Shown in pieces: positions 40,118 through 54,044 of a stretch of DNA of 64,000 nt. The number at the start of each line of letters is the position of its first letter. Positions within the stretch are counted from its first letter, which is position 1. Source of the stretch: Octopus bimaculoides. Taxonomy: Eukaryota. The stretch spans positions 15,348,302 to 15,412,301 of the forward strand of contig NC_068990.1 of the NCBI RefSeq assembly GCF_001194135.2, read 5' to 3'. The translations under genes were made by a program, and so were the position numbers. The notes beneath the pieces were generated by a model, which was not told the origin of the DNA, did no database searches, and worked only from the letters and a program-made list of their open reading frames with translations.

Positions 40118-40954
40118 TATATATATCTCATATTCTGTGTGATATATTTATCTCATATTCTGTGTGAATGAATGATATAATTATCATAATTTTTGCTTAT
40201 TTTTTATTTAAAAAATGATGTTTTTGTTTCAATTTGTAGATTTATTTATGGCTGGTGGCTTGTAAATAATTGTGAAAAGATTGAGTTAATTAAGTGCTGT
40301 ACTGGTAGTTCATGAGTCATTAGTTAAATTTAGTGCAAGTAATTTGTGGTAGACTTTGTAAAGGATGCTAAACTCTAAAGTATCTTTGAGTTCATCTAAG
40401 TTTTGGAAATTAATACCAGATCAAGAAATGTCACTTGCAATTGAGAAGAAGATTTATCTCTTAGCAGAGAGATAAGTACTTAAATTTAAGTACTACTCTT
40501 TATCATCCTTCAGAGTTTTAAGATTTAAAACCAAAAAAAAAAAAAAAAAAAAAAAAAATGAAGTGTAGAATTGGAAACAGTTGTTAAAAAGATTCGGTGG
40601 ATTTTTATTAGGTTGACCTAAATTGTAACTTTTCTCAGTGAAGGTAACTCATAAATGCTCCTTCACCCTCAACAGCAATCTACAGCCCCCTCCACCCCGC
40701 TGTCTGTCCCCCATCCTACTGTCAGAGCAACTGGCTCTGTCTTGTCTCACTTTAACAGCTTCTCTTCTTATAAAACCCATCGACCTATTAAAACCTTCTC
40801 TAACCCTTTTAACACCAACCTGCAAAATCAGATTACCCCTGGTTCCCTGATAGAATTTTCCTGTTTTGAAGTGATCTAAATTAAAACCTTCCATCAAGAT
40901 TTTATGTTAATTTATGTTCCATATAAGGCTTTGAGCTGGCAGAATCGTTAGCAT

Positions 40955-41074
40955 ACTTACGGCCATATCATGTTGAAAGCACCGGTTCTCATCTGATCAC
41001 CGAAGTTAAGCAACATCAAGCCTAGTTTGTACTTAGATGGGTGACCGCTTGGGAAGCCTAGGTGCTGTAAGCGT
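40955..41074 (+). pseudogene. 5S rRNA retro-pseudogene, full length (120 nt)
   Basis: acttacggccatatcatgttgaaagcaccggttctcatctgatcaccgaagttaagc...gatgggtgaccgcttgggaa...gtgctgtaagc. Shows CpG-decay substitutions and an A-rich tail instead of an oligo-T terminator; solitary copy. Confidence 0.9.
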
Positions 41075-41084
41075 AAATAAAAAA

Positions 41085-41287
41085 AGGCAGAGAGCTGGCA
41101 GAAACGTTAGCATGCCAGGCGAAATGCTTAGCAGTATTTCGTCTGCCGTTACGCTCTGAGTTCAAATTCCGCTGAGGTCGACTTTGCCTTTCATCCTTTC
41201 AGGGTCTATAAATTAAGTACCAGTTACGCACTGGGGTCGAGGTAATCGACTTAATCCCTTTGTCTGTCCTTGTTTGTCCCCTTGTAG
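41085..41287 (+). mobile_element. SINE family B (gagctggcagaa.cgttagca head; gaggtcgactttgcctttcatcctttc core)
   Basis: Other copies at about 20380-20820 (two, minus), 26360-26570, 42380-42550, 47017-47233 and 63050-63250. Confidence 0.85.
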
Positions 41288-41647
41288 NNNNNNNNNNNNN
41301 NNNNNNNNNNNNNNNNNNNNNNNNNNNNNNNNNNNNNNNNNNNNNNNNNNNNNNNNNNNNNNNNNNNNNNNNNNNNNNNNNNNNNNNNNNNNNNNNNNNN
41401 NNNNNNNNNNNNNNNNNNNNNNNNNNNNNNNNNNNNNNNNNNNNNNNNNNNNNNNNNNNNNNNNNNNNNNNNNNNNNNNNNNNNNNNNNNNNNNNNNNNN
41501 NNNNNNNNNNNNNNNNNNNNNNNNNNNNNNNNNNNNNNNNNNNNNNNNNNNNNNNNNNNNNNNNNNNNNNNNNNNNNNNNNNNNNNNNNNNNNNNNNNNN
41601 NNNNNNNNNNNNNNNNNNNNNNNNNNNNNNNNNNNNNNNNNNNNNNC

Positions 41648-41686
41648 CCTAACCCTAACCGTAGGGTTAGGGTTAGGGTTAGGGTT
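41648..41686. repeat. Interstitial telomere-like repeat with (CCCTAA)n to (TTAGGG)n inversion
   Basis: ccctaaccctaaccgtagggttagggttagggttagggtt, directly after an N gap. Confidence 0.8.
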
Positions 41687-42952
41687 AAAGCAAATAAAAC
41701 GAAGGTATGGAGATTAAATACGCTTTACATCGCTTAATCAGCCAAAGGAGTAAATGTAAACAACTGAATACTTGTCAGTGATTTGTTGAAATTATCGAAA
41801 TAAGACAATTTTTTACATGAAATAAATTCGAATACAAAAATATTTTTCTGTTCTATAACACAAAATAGATAAGTATACGAAGTTTGAAAGTCTTTCCGTA
41901 CCAAAAACACTACGTAAAACATTAATGAAAAATGTGGCCCCCGTTTTAAAATAGATCCAATATTTCTTCTATCTTTACATTCTGAGTTTAAATTCTGCTA
42001 AGGTCGACTTTGCCTTTCATTTTTTGGGGGGTCAATAAAATAAGTACCAGTTGAATACTGGAGTCAATGTAATCGACTTACCCTCCTCTAGAATTGTTGG
42101 CCTTGTACCAGAATTTGAAACCAGTTTATGTCTCATATACGTATTTTACTAAATTCTTCATTATTTTTAAAATTAGTTGAAATAAAGTCAATGTATTTCA
42201 ACAGGAATATGGTAGTAAAAGAGTTAACCTTTTGATCACCAAGCTACCTGAAACTGCACCTGGTTCCATGATAGAGTCTTTCTGTTTTGAAGTGATCTAA
42301 ATTTAAACCTTCCTTCAAGAATCCATTTTGAATTATGTTCCATATACCTATATTATTAAATACTTCATTATTTCTAATCACAGAATCGTTAGCACACCAG
42401 TTAAAATGCATATTGGCATTTTGTCTGTCTTTACATTCTGAGTTCAAATTCTGCTGAGGTTAACTTTGCCTTTCATCCTTCCAAGGTCAATAAGATATTA
42501 CTGACTTCCCTGCTCCCTTGAAATTGCTGGCCCTGTGCTAAAATTTGAAACTATTATGACTTCAGTTACCCTTATAGTAGGAACTTTATCTAAAGTACTA
42601 ACACGCTTTATAAGAAAATAAACCCAGAAAACACGTTACATGAATTTATTCCAGGCTGTAATTAATTTCCAACAATTAAAATGTTTAATAAATATATCTC
42701 AGGCTATGTCATGCTGATGATTTCTAAAAAGAATGAAATAGTGCTATACATGATTACTACAGACAAGAAATTTAAAGAACTTCATGGTAAATTAAGTGGT
42801 GTGGTTGTGGTGTAAGAAGTTTGCTTTCTAATCACATGGTTCCATGTTTATTCCCACTGTGTCACCCTTTGGACAAGTGTCTTCTACTATTGCCTCAGGC
42901 CAACCAAAATCTCTTGAGTAGATTTAGTACTCAGAAATTGAAACAAACTTGT

Positions 42953-42985
<33 letters not shown>

Positions 42986-43087
42986 CTTTGTGTCTGTGTT
43001 TGTCTGCTACCACTGCTTGACAACCAGTGTTGCTGTGTTTATATCCCCGTAACTTGGCAGTTTAGCCAAAGAGTGTATGTGTGTGTG

Positions 43088-43123
<36 letters not shown>

Positions 43124-43507
43124 TATATGTACATGTGTGTGTATATATATATGTTTATATACACATATATATATAGATATATATATGTATGTATATATAT
43201 GTTTCTTTGTGTTTGCGTTTATCCCCAAACCTACCTACCCTTCGACAATCAATGCTGGTTTGTTTATGTCCCTGCAACTTTGTTGTTTGGCAAAAGAGCT
43301 TGCTGGTATAAGTGCTAGTCCCTAAAACAGATTCTGGGGTTGATTTGATCAACTGAACCCTTTGAGGTGGTGCCACAGCATGGCCATAATCCAGTAATTG
43401 AAACAAGTGAAAAATAAAAGAAAGATATTACGGAGATGTACTTGCATAGCAAGCGACCTGATCTGAGATCATGTGCTGGAACGAAAACAATTACAGCATG
43501 GAAGGTG

Positions 43508-43750
43508 TTTATAAGCTATTTTAGAAACACATAAAAACCGTTAGATTCACTTCAACATTTAAATTTAATTTACCAAAATATTTTCGTCGCTTTAAGACCG
43601 CGACATGCTCACTGACAAAATTCCGTGCTGCACGGAATTTTGTCAGTGAATAGGTCGCGGTCTCAAAGCGACGAAAATATTTTGGTAAATTTAATTTAAA
43701 TGTTGAAGTGAATCTAACAGTTTTTGTGTGTTTCTTAAATGGCTTATAAA
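43508..43750. repeat. 243-bp near-perfect palindrome (foldback element)
   Basis: Centred on T43629 (ttccgtgc-t-gcacggaa); arms of about 121 bp with few mismatches. Confidence 0.92.
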
Positions 43751-44837
43751 AAAAAAGATAAATATTTGAAAAATAAAACTTCTACCAAGATACCAAGTGG
43801 TGACTTCTCCATACATTTTATTCTCCAACTCCTGGCATTAAAAATAATTACCACCAAGCCTAATAATATCCACATAAAGGAACATGAACATCAAAAATTC
43901 TGACATTTAATTAAGTATTTACCAGTTAATTAGAACTATTAGCACTAGTTCTTATTTGGTCATTGTAGTCAACACACTTAATTACCAAACGATGAGAAAG
44001 AAATTTTGTAGATCAGTGATTAATTCAAATTCTAATTTCTCTTCTCTTGAACCAATCATATTTGCAAAACTTTTCTTGTTATGTTGAAATGACAAATGTA
44101 TAAGTAGTAAGCACCTGATAAACCGAACATCTGACCTAGATTTAATTCTTCTTTCAAACCCTGAAACCAGTAGAGATTTTTATCCTTAAATCTCTGATGT
44201 AAAGAGCATGACTCATTTACTCTAGTTTGTGGGGTAAATATGTTTCGTCATATGAAGAGCTTACTTTTAAAATCAGATATATACATCAGAATAACTTTCA
44301 AGTAATTGTTTAAAACAACAACTTGAATATATCTGATTTTGATTGGAAGATTAACGTTCCCCTACTGTCTATATGGCATCTATCCCAGCTCGACTGTAAA
44401 AAATTTCCCATTCGTGAAGCCGGCAGCTTGCAGATTGACTTTTAATGGTTATCATGAAATCAACCAAATATGCACTTATACCAGTTTTGAAAGTAAGCTC
44501 TTCATATTATCTTATGAGGGGATATAGTTGTAGAAGAGTTAGAGGATGGGAGGTTAATTGCGTATATGCATATCTTTTCTCTTTTATCTTCCACTTGTTT
44601 CAGCCATTAGACTGCAGCCATGCTGTGGCACCACCTTGAAGAATTTTTAGTTGAACGAATCGACCCCAGTGTTTATTTTTGCTTTTTAAACCTGACACTT
44701 ATTCTATCAGTGACTAATGCTGAACGGCTAATTTACAGGGACATAAACACACCAGCACTGGTTGACAAATGGTGTTCGGGGACAAACACAGACACAAAGA
44801 CACACACATACACATACATTATACATACGTATATATA

Positions 44838-44894
<57 letters not shown>

Positions 44895-46295
44895 NNNNNN
44901 NNNNNNNNNNNNNNNNNNNNNNNNNNNNNNNNNNNNNNNNNNNNNNNNNNNNNNNNNNNNNNNNNNNNNNNNNNNNNNNNNNNNNNNNNNNNNNNNNNNN
45001 NNNNNNNNNNNNNNNNNNNNNNNNNNNNNNNNNNNNNNNNNNNNNNNNNNNNNNNNNNNNNNNNNNNNNNNNNNNNNNNNNNNNNNNNNNNNNNNNNNNN
45101 NNNNNNNNNNNNNNNNNNNNNNNNNNNNNNNNNNNNNNNNNNNNNNNNNNNNNNNNNNNNNNNNNNNNNNNNNNNNNNNNNNNNNNNNNNNNNNNNNNNN
45201 NNNNNNNNNNNNNNNNNNNNNNNNNNNNNNNNNNNNNNNNNNNNNNNNNNNNNNNNNNNNNNTCGGCAAATGAGACCGATAGAATAAGTACTAAGCTTAC
45301 AAAGAATAAGTCCTGGGGTCGATTTGCTCGACTAAAGGTGGTGCTCCAGCATGGCCACAGTCAAATGACTGAAATAAGTAAAAGAGAGTAAAAGAGTATA
45401 TGATTGTATGATGCCTGTATGCCTAAGCAGCAGTGATACGAGGCGTGACTGCCAAGGACATGTGCAAGCTTGAAAGAAATGAAGCTAGTATGCTTTCCTG
45501 GATGTTCAATGTCAGTGTTGAGAACCACTTTGCTACACTAAATGCAACATTCTGAGATTAGAATACATCATATCTCATGTTTTCTTGTCTCCCTCTGCTG
45601 CAGGTTCAATTCACTTTAAGATCTACTACCTTATGCAGCAGTCCTTCGCCATATGCCTCAGGAACCTATACCAGCACAGTCTTTAAACTCTACAACTGAT
45701 TCTTGCTACACCCAGTTATTCTTTCAATTCTGATGTCTATTCCCACTAACATTGCACGTCCTGTAGAGCACACTTACATTTCTATCTAGTCTTTGTAAAT
45801 ATCCTGCATTCAGCGCCCAAGTCTCACTACCATGTAGTCTTGTAGTCCAGAGGTCAGGTTCTGAAGTTAGTGGAAGTGAGTACATAAAGCAAAAGACACT
45901 GTGACACATACCAAACAATTTTACAGTCATTTCTCTTATATTACACCAAATATTTAATTAGTTATAATATATGTAATTGTCTTCTACATCCATTAATTCC
46001 ATGTTTCAGTAACAATTTCATTAAGTATAAAGTTTATAATTAGTGATATAGGTGTGATATGACAAAGACAAAACTCCATGGGATTGTCTGGTGTCAAGAA
46101 GATTATGGTGTCAGTGTTTGTTTTGGTTCTTGTGATGTCAGCAGCCACCAACATATCGCAGGAGATTGAGCAGACAGTTCAAAAATACAGGAGGTCAGTC
46201 CAATAAAGTAATGACGCCAGAAAGTTCTTTCAAGGCCATATGATTAGCAAAAAGAAAAAAAAAGGGATTTGATTTTTACTGCAGAAGTGAACATA

Positions 46296-46444
46296 GGTGC
46301 AGGAGTGGTTGTGTGGTAAGTAGCTTGCTTACCAACCACATGGTTCCAGGTTCAGTCACACTGCATGTCACCTTGGGAAAGTGTCTTCTACTATAGCCTC
46401 GGGCCGACCAAAGCCTTGTGAGTGGAAACTGAAAGAAGCCTGTC

Positions 46445-46513
<69 letters not shown>

Positions 46514-46746
46514 TGTATGTATGTATGTTCGTGTGTTTGTGTTTGTCCCCCTCCAACATGACTCGACAACCCATGCTGATGTGTTTACGTTCCCGTAACT
46601 TAGCAGTTTGATAAAAGAGACTGATAGAATAAGTACTAGACTTACAAAGAATAAGTTCTGGAGTCAATTTGCTTGACTAAAGGCAGTGCCCCAGCATGGC
46701 TGCATTCAAATGACTGAAATGAATAAAAGAATAAAAGAATAAAGAG
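46296..46746 (+). mobile_element. tRNA-headed SINE family A, full-length copy
   Basis: Same head, body and tail as 18679-19054. Confidence 0.85.
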
Positions 46747-48106
46747 TTTTTAAAAATTGTTGAAAAGGTGCCAATTATGAAAGACAGGTTCGATGGGTGG
46801 GGAGAGCAGTCACTCTCCTTGCACTCCTACTAATCTATGCCACTGACAAGCACCATATAATCTACCCTTCCCTTCAAGGAAGACCACTGAGCAAAGAATT
46901 AATGTATTTTGTGTGTAAGGTGAGATGATGGTAATGCATTACTTAGATCTGTTCTGGGTCCTAGAACTCATAAGGCCAAAGCCTTGCCCAGTTTCAATGG
47001 TAATATAAGTAACTGAAAGGCACCAAGCTGGCCGAAGCATTAGCACACTGGGCGAAATGCTTAGTAGCATTTCGTCTGTCTTTACGTTCTGAGTTCAAAT
47101 TCTGCCGAGGTCAACTTTGCCTTTCATCTTTTCAGGGTCAATAAATTAAGTACCAGTTGCATACTGGAGTCGATCTAATCAACTGGCTCCCTCCCAAAAA
47201 ATTTCGGCCCTTGTGCCTAGAGTAGAAAAGAATATAAGTAACTGAGATTACTATGCTCCCTCCTTCAATGGGATTTTGATCTGTTCCTAGTACTCAAGGC
47301 CGGATTAAGACCTATAGAGGACCTAAGCACTTAAAAGATTTTAGTACCCCCATATATATATATATATGTAATTCAAAATATAACCAATAATAAACCATAA
47401 AATAAATTTTAATTTTTCAAAATGAAACAAAACTTACAGTAAGATGGAAAATAATGTTTATTTTTGTACTTCCACTTTATTTATATGTGAAAAATGTTCT
47501 CCTACTTTTTTTAATGGCAAAGTCTTTGATCAGAACCTTACTATGAAACCATGAACACTTTGAAATTATACTTTGAATATTATTTTAGCAAGTTTAAAGT
47601 GATTTCTTTTGTGTCGCCAACCATTTACCAATTCTGTGGTTCACCCCTCCCTTTGATGCCCTAAGCACTCACTTATTATTTATTATTGATGCCCTAAGCA
47701 CACACTCACACCTACATGACCGACTTGCACACAGTTTCTACCTATCAAATTCACTCACAAGTATTGGTTGGTCTGGACCTATAGTAGAAGATACTTGCTC
47801 AAGTTTGCAAAGTGTTTTTCCTAACCACACAGCAATGCTTGCTCCTGTATTGTATTCCCTTTTATTTATTTCCGTAGCATTTTGAGAGACCACATAGAGG
47901 TTCCCTCATTGGTTTTTATAAAACTCATAATAGACCCTGGAATATTTCATGCAACCTTCGTCGTCGTCGTCGTTTAACGTCCGCTTTCCATGCTAGCATG
48001 GGTTNNNNNNNNNNNNNNNNNNNNNNNNNNNNNNNNNNNNNNNNNNNNNNNNNNNNNNNNNNNNNNNNNNNNNNNNNNNNNNNNNNNNNNNNNNNNNNNN
48101 NNNNCA

Positions 48107-48555
48107 CAGGTTCCCTCAACTGCTAAGGTGTGGCACTTTTTCACACAGCTATCCCCATCCATTCTCCCTACATGACCGTACCAGCGCAGTCGTCCCTCTT
48201 GCACACTACAACTGATGCTTCGTAAGTTCAACTTTTCTCTCAAGGTACTGATACTATGTCTAGTATGCACACTGACATTACACATCCATCGGAGCATACT
48301 GGCTTCATTCCTTGCGAGCCTACGCATGTCCTCAGCAGTCATGGCCCATGTTTCACTGCCATGAAGCATGGCTGTTCGTACGCATGCGTCATACAATCTG
48401 CCTTTTACTCTGAGAGAGAGACCCTTTGTCGCCAGCTGAGGTAAGAGCTCTCTGAACTTTGCCCAGGCTATTCTAATTCTAGCAGCTACGCTTTCAGCGC
48501 ACCCACCTTCCACTGGTAATTTGGTCACCAAGATAGTGGAAGCTATCAACCACTT
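48107..48555 (-). mobile_element. RTE LINE RT C-terminal region, open frame
   Basis: Translates VEGGCAESVAARIRIAWAKFRELLP...LHGSETW...RLRWYGHVGRMDGDSCVKKC; the 3' tail is at about 47955-48004 across the gap. Confidence 0.9.
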
Positions 48556-51181
48556 CTAGTTTTTCTCCCTGGAATGTGGCAGAAGTTGTTTTCTGCACAT
48601 TCACAAATAATTAAGAAATACTGAATAAAAACAGGACCCTGGCCTTGTTCCTAAAAAGCACTCAAAGGACAAGTAAATGTATTAAAAATGAGGGACAGAC
48701 TGTCTATTACCCAAGAAGGTCATGGTAGGATTTGAACTTTGAATGCAAATATCCAGAACAAATACCATGAAGCTTCCCACCAGACACTCTAAAGCAGTGG
48801 TTTCCAACCACAGCTCCAAGGGTTGCATGCAGCCCCCAAGTATCCTTCTGGTGGGCCCCTAATGGCCTTCTCTCTTTAAATATAATAAATTTTCACTTAT
48901 TTTGTTTAATGGTTAATCCAGCTCTGCTTGTACTCATATACAGCTGAGTGAACTGGGGCAACATGAAATAAATTGTTTTGCTCAAAAACACAACATACCA
49001 CCCCTGTCTGGGAATCAAAACCACGATTATTTGTGAGTGCAAACACACTATCCACTAGACAACATGCCTTCACTGCTAATACTTTAGACATTATAAAACT
49101 ATAGAACATTACATCTGTATTTATGAAAGTGAATTGGCTGTTTCTTTTTCTCTGGCTGGAATTTTTTCAATGAGGAAAACACTGGTTCATGAGAACTGGT
49201 TTATCAAAGTTAAGGTGACACCAGCCAGTGTGGCTTAGCAGCTGCTAAGCTTTGCTGAATACCAGCTAAATGCTTGAGCAACTAACCTACTTAGAATATA
49301 TGACCTGCTTATCATTTAGCTCTACAGTAACTATGAAAATGTACTATATCTATATATGCAGTAATTCCACTCTACTCTTTTTTCATTTAATTTCACACAC
49401 ACACACACACAACATCACACATTCATGTATAGCTAAATCCATATACACATTTGCCTAAGATGGATATATAGTTGTATATGTGTGTTTGTGCTTGTATATG
49501 TGTGCTGTGTGTGTGTACATGTGTGTGTGTGTGTTTGTTTCTGTGCATATATTAGTGTTTGTATTTATATGTATTTGTGTGTGCTTATGTGTGTGTGTGT
49601 ACATGGACATGTGTGTTTCCATTTGTGTACATGTTTGTATGTATGTGTGTGTGACTGTGTGTTTGTGTATGTTTGTATTTGTGTGCTTGCCTGTGTATGT
49701 GTGTATCTGTGTGTTTGTGTGTGTGCGCTTGGTATGTCTTGCATATGTGGTATGTGCATTATGTATATGTAAAACAAATACATTCATTTACTGTATCACT
49801 CTACTTCATTTATTCTGTCCAAATTATTTTGGTATTCACCAGCCTGAAATTGTGGGTTTTTTTTTTTTTTATTGTTATTATGCTAATGTTAACTATTCTA
49901 GATTGAAACCGGAATTTGATAACAGAGTAGTCTAGTCAATTATTTCTGAAAAGAACTTTCCATTAAACTATTTGTTCATGTGGCAAATATTTCATAGAAA
50001 ATTCTAAACTGACATTATATTTAAAGAGAGAAAAGTTAAATATGTTTGTTGGTTTNNNNNNNNNNNNNNNNNNNNNNNNNNNNNNNNNNNNNNNNNNNNN
50101 NNNNNNNNNNNNNNNNNNNNNNNNNNNNNNNNNNNNNNNNNNNNNNNNNNNNNNNNNNNNNNNNNNNNNNNNNNNNNNNNNNNNNNNNNNNNNNNNNNNN
50201 NNNNNNNNNNNNNNNNNNNNNNNNNNNNNNNNNNNNNNNNNNNNNNNNNNNNNNNNNNNNNNNNNNNNNNNNNNNNNNNNNNNNNNNNNNNNNNNNNNNN
50301 NNNNNNNNNNNNNNNNNNNNNNNNNNNNNNNNNNNNNNNNNNNNNNNNNNNNNNNNNNNNNNNNNNNNNNNNNNNNNNNNNNNNNNNNNNNNNNNNNNNN
50401 NNNNNNNNNNNNNNNNNNNNNNNNNNNNNNNNNNNNNNNNNNNNNNNNNNNNNNNNNNNNNNNNNNNNNNNNNNNNNNNNNNNNNNNACACACCTCCCCC
50501 CCCATACACACCTTCCCCCTCCTCACACACACACATGGTTCTAAATGATGCTGCAAACAAAAGACGGAGACAGATGAAGGAACAACAACCGGGGTGTATT
50601 AGCTTGACACACAGGAAGAATGGAAGAATTCTTCAAATTTTCAAGCCTACTCTCACCTTCAGAACGAAATGAGGAGAGAGGAGAGAGGAAAATAAAAAAA
50701 TGGATGGAAAAAGAACATTATAGTTACATCATCACCGGTTCAATGATGTAACCAAGGTTACATCACACACAATGATGTAACCATGATCTTCTGGTGATCT
50801 GATGAGCAAGCTTTCTTCCTCTGCATTAATTTGTAAATTACATTTGTAATTTACATATATAAACATAATTTATTACACTCTGAAATTATTATTATATGAA
50901 CAAGGCTGTTAAACAGCTGTAATCCTTGCAATGGCAAGTGGTCAACTAAGTGTATTCACCTCTCATACCTTCTGACTTTATATAGTTTATTTTTTATCTT
51001 TTATTTATTGTTTCAGTCATTTGACTGTGGCCATGCTGGAGCACCACTTTGAGGAATTTTAGTTGAATTAATCGACTCCAGTACTTATTTTCTTTTTAAA
51101 CTTGGTACTTATTCTATCAGTCTCTTTTGCCAAGCTGCTAAGTTATGGGGATGTTAAGCAGTGGCTGGAGACAAACACACA

Positions 51182-51223
<42 letters not shown>

Positions 51224-51789
51224 NNNNNNNNNNNNNNNNNNNNNNNNNNNNNNNNNNNNNNNNNNNNNNNNNNNNNNNNNNNNNNNNNNNNNNNNNNNNN
51301 NNNNNNNNNNNNNNNNNNNNNNNNNNNNNNNNNNNNNNNNNNNNNNNNNNNNNNNNNNNNNNNNNNNNNNNNNNNNNNNNNNNNNNNNNNNNNNNNNNNN
51401 NNNNNNNNNNNNNNNNNNNNNNNNNNNNNNNNNNNNNNNNNNNNNNNNNNNNNNNNNNNNNNNNNNNNNNNNNNNNNNNNNNNNNNNNNNNNNNNNNNNN
51501 NNNNNNNNNNNNNNNNNNNNNNNNNNNNNNNNNNNNNNNNNNNNNNNNNNNNNNNNNNNNNNNNNNNNNNNNNNNNNNNNNNNNNNNNNNNNNNNNNNNN
51601 NNNNNNNNNNNNNNNNNNNNNNNNNNNNNNNNNNNNNNNNNNNNNNNNNNNNNNNNNNNNNNNNNNNNNNNNNNNNNNNNNNNNNNNNNNNNNNNNNNNN
51701 NNNNNTTTCGTAATGAGAGTGGACAAAAAAAGGAAAGGCACTCAATACATTTATTGGGAGTTACATGTATGGATCAAAACAGTTAGAGC

Positions 51790-52180
51790 AGCTGTCTGGC
51801 TTCCAGACCAGTGGCACATAAATAGCACCATTTTAGTGTGATCATTACTGGTACTTGTGCTGGTGGCACATGGAAAAACATTCGAGCGAGGTCATTGCCA
51901 GTGACTCTGGACTGGCTCCTGTACAGGTGGCACGTAAAAACCACCATTTTGAGCATGGCCGTTGTCAGTACCACCTGACTGGCCCTCGTGCCGGTGGCAC
52001 GTAAAAGCACCCACTACACTCTCTGAGTGGTTAGTATTAGGAAGGTCATCCAGCTGTAGAATCTCTGCCAAATCAGATTAGAGCCTGGTGCAGCCATCTG
52101 GTTTGCTAGTCCTCAGTCAAATCGTCCAACCCATGCCAGCATGGAAAGCAGACATTAAATGATGAGGATGATGATGATGA
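51790..52180 (+). mobile_element. RTE 3' UTR/tail element
   Basis: ggtggcac minisatellite, then aggaaggtcatccagctgtaga...catgccagcatggaaagcagacattaaa(tga)n. Minus copies at 16110-16351, 17725-17886 and 57220-57560. Confidence 0.8.
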
Positions 52181-54012
52181 TGATATATATTCAAGTGAAC
52201 ACTCAGTCGCTGATTTTGCAACAAGTAAAAATTCTTGTTCTAAAATCTCTCTAAGAGATCAGCGCAATAGTTGTACTGACAAGTAATATTTGTAGCCACT
52301 TTAACACGGCTGTCCATTCAAGTGGACTCTACTGTGGTTTTTTAATGCCAACAGGACATCTCCTGTAGCTGGTTAACAATGTACAGCTGCATCCAATAAA
52401 ATTGATCAGCGCAGTAGTTGTCCTGACAAATAATATATATATTGTGTGCAGAAGCGAGCTGCTATCATCTTTGGCAGATGAAGTGTCCAGTGCTGAGGAG
52501 TGGCAGAAATAGCCTGAAACCAGGACTGGTCTATTGGTTCCATCGCTAGGAGATGGTNNNNNNNNNNNNNNNNNNNNNNNNNNNNNNNNNNNNNNNNNNN
52601 NNNNNNNNNNNNNNNNNNNNNNNNNNNNNNNNNNNNNNNNNNNNNNNNNNNNNNNNNNNNNNNNNNNNNNNNNNNNNNNNNNNNNNNNNNNNNNNNNNNN
52701 NNNNNNNNNNNNNNNNNNNNNNNNNNNNNNNNNNNNNNNNNNNNNNNNNNNNNNNNNNNNNNNNNNNNNNNNNNNNNNNNNNNNNNNNNNNNNNNNNNNN
52801 NNNNNNNNNNNNNNNNNNNNNNNNNNNNNNNNNNNNNNNNNNNNNNNNNNNNNNNNNNNNNNNNNNNNNNNNNNNNNNNNNNNNNNNNNNNNNNNNNNNN
52901 NNNNNNNNNNNNNNNNNNNNNNNNNNNNNNNNNNNNNNNNNNNNNNNNNNNNNNNNNNNNNNNNNNNNNNNNNNNNNNNNNNNNNNNNNNNNNNNNNNNN
53001 NNNNNNNNNNNNNNNNNNNNNNNNNNNNNNNNNNNNNNNNNNNNNNNNNNNNNNNNNNNNNNNNNNNNNNNNNNNNNNNNNNNNNNNNNNNNNNNNNNNN
53101 NNNNNNNNNNNNNNNNNNNNNNNNNNNNNNNNNNNNNNNNNNNNNNNNNNNNNNNNNNNNNNNNNNNNTATATATATTAATGTATGTGTGTGTCCTTGTG
53201 TCTGTGTTTGTCACCCATCCACCTGCTACCATCTGACAACTGGTATTGGTTTGTTTACATCCCCGTAACTTAGCAGTGCAACAAAAGAGACCTATAGAAT
53301 AAGTACCAGTCTTTAAAAAAAAAAAAGAAAAGAAACAAACCATAAGTACTGGGGTTGATTCATTTGACTAAAATATTCTTCAAAGCAATGCCCCCAGCAA
53401 GGCTGTACTCCAATGACTGAAGCAAGTAAAAGATAAAAAATTCAAGATGAAAGATATGTTTTTAAAAAAAAACTATTTTCTTCTTTCTATTTATAAAATC
53501 AAAGTGGTGACTGAAAATTTAACAAGTTGCTTGGTTTTAAATATCAAATGTTGCTAAAAATATATTGTATTTTTATTTAATTAATTATTTGGCTGTGTTT
53601 TTAGTGGATATATCCGAATAAACAAATCATATTCAAGATTATATGGAAGTTAGAATTTGCTTTGAGCTCTATTTAAGATTAAAAAGTATTAACTATATAC
53701 CTTGAGGAAAGTACTTCACATCTATGTTTACAAATGATGATGATGATGATGATGATGATGACCACCATCATCATCATTTAATATCAACTTTTCCATACTC
53801 GTATGCGTCAGATGGAATTTGTTCAGGCAGATTTTCTGAGGCCAGATGTCCATCCTGTTGCCAACTCTCACCTGTTTTCGAGCAAGTTTACATTTCCTTA
53901 GGGTCAGATATGTTTTGCATGGGAGACTGGAAACAAACAACATCACTTGTATAACAGTGAAACTCGTTTACAACCGTCACATGATGTCAAGACAAGAGTA
54001 CACACACATGTG

Positions 54013-54044
<32 letters not shown>

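Noticed and set aside
40240-40304. AG/GT-bounded segment as ARL15 exon 1
   Set aside because: The ATG frame stops after 5 codons; the open frame has no Met and ends in phase 1, incompatible with the phase-0 exon at 55522.
40955-41074. Functional 5S rRNA gene
   Set aside because: Multiple CpG-decay substitutions, an A-rich tail, no oligo-T terminator and no tandem array.
41648-41686. Ancient telomere-telomere fusion site
   Set aside because: A fusion gives TTAGGG then CCCTAA; here the order is reversed and the tract is very short.
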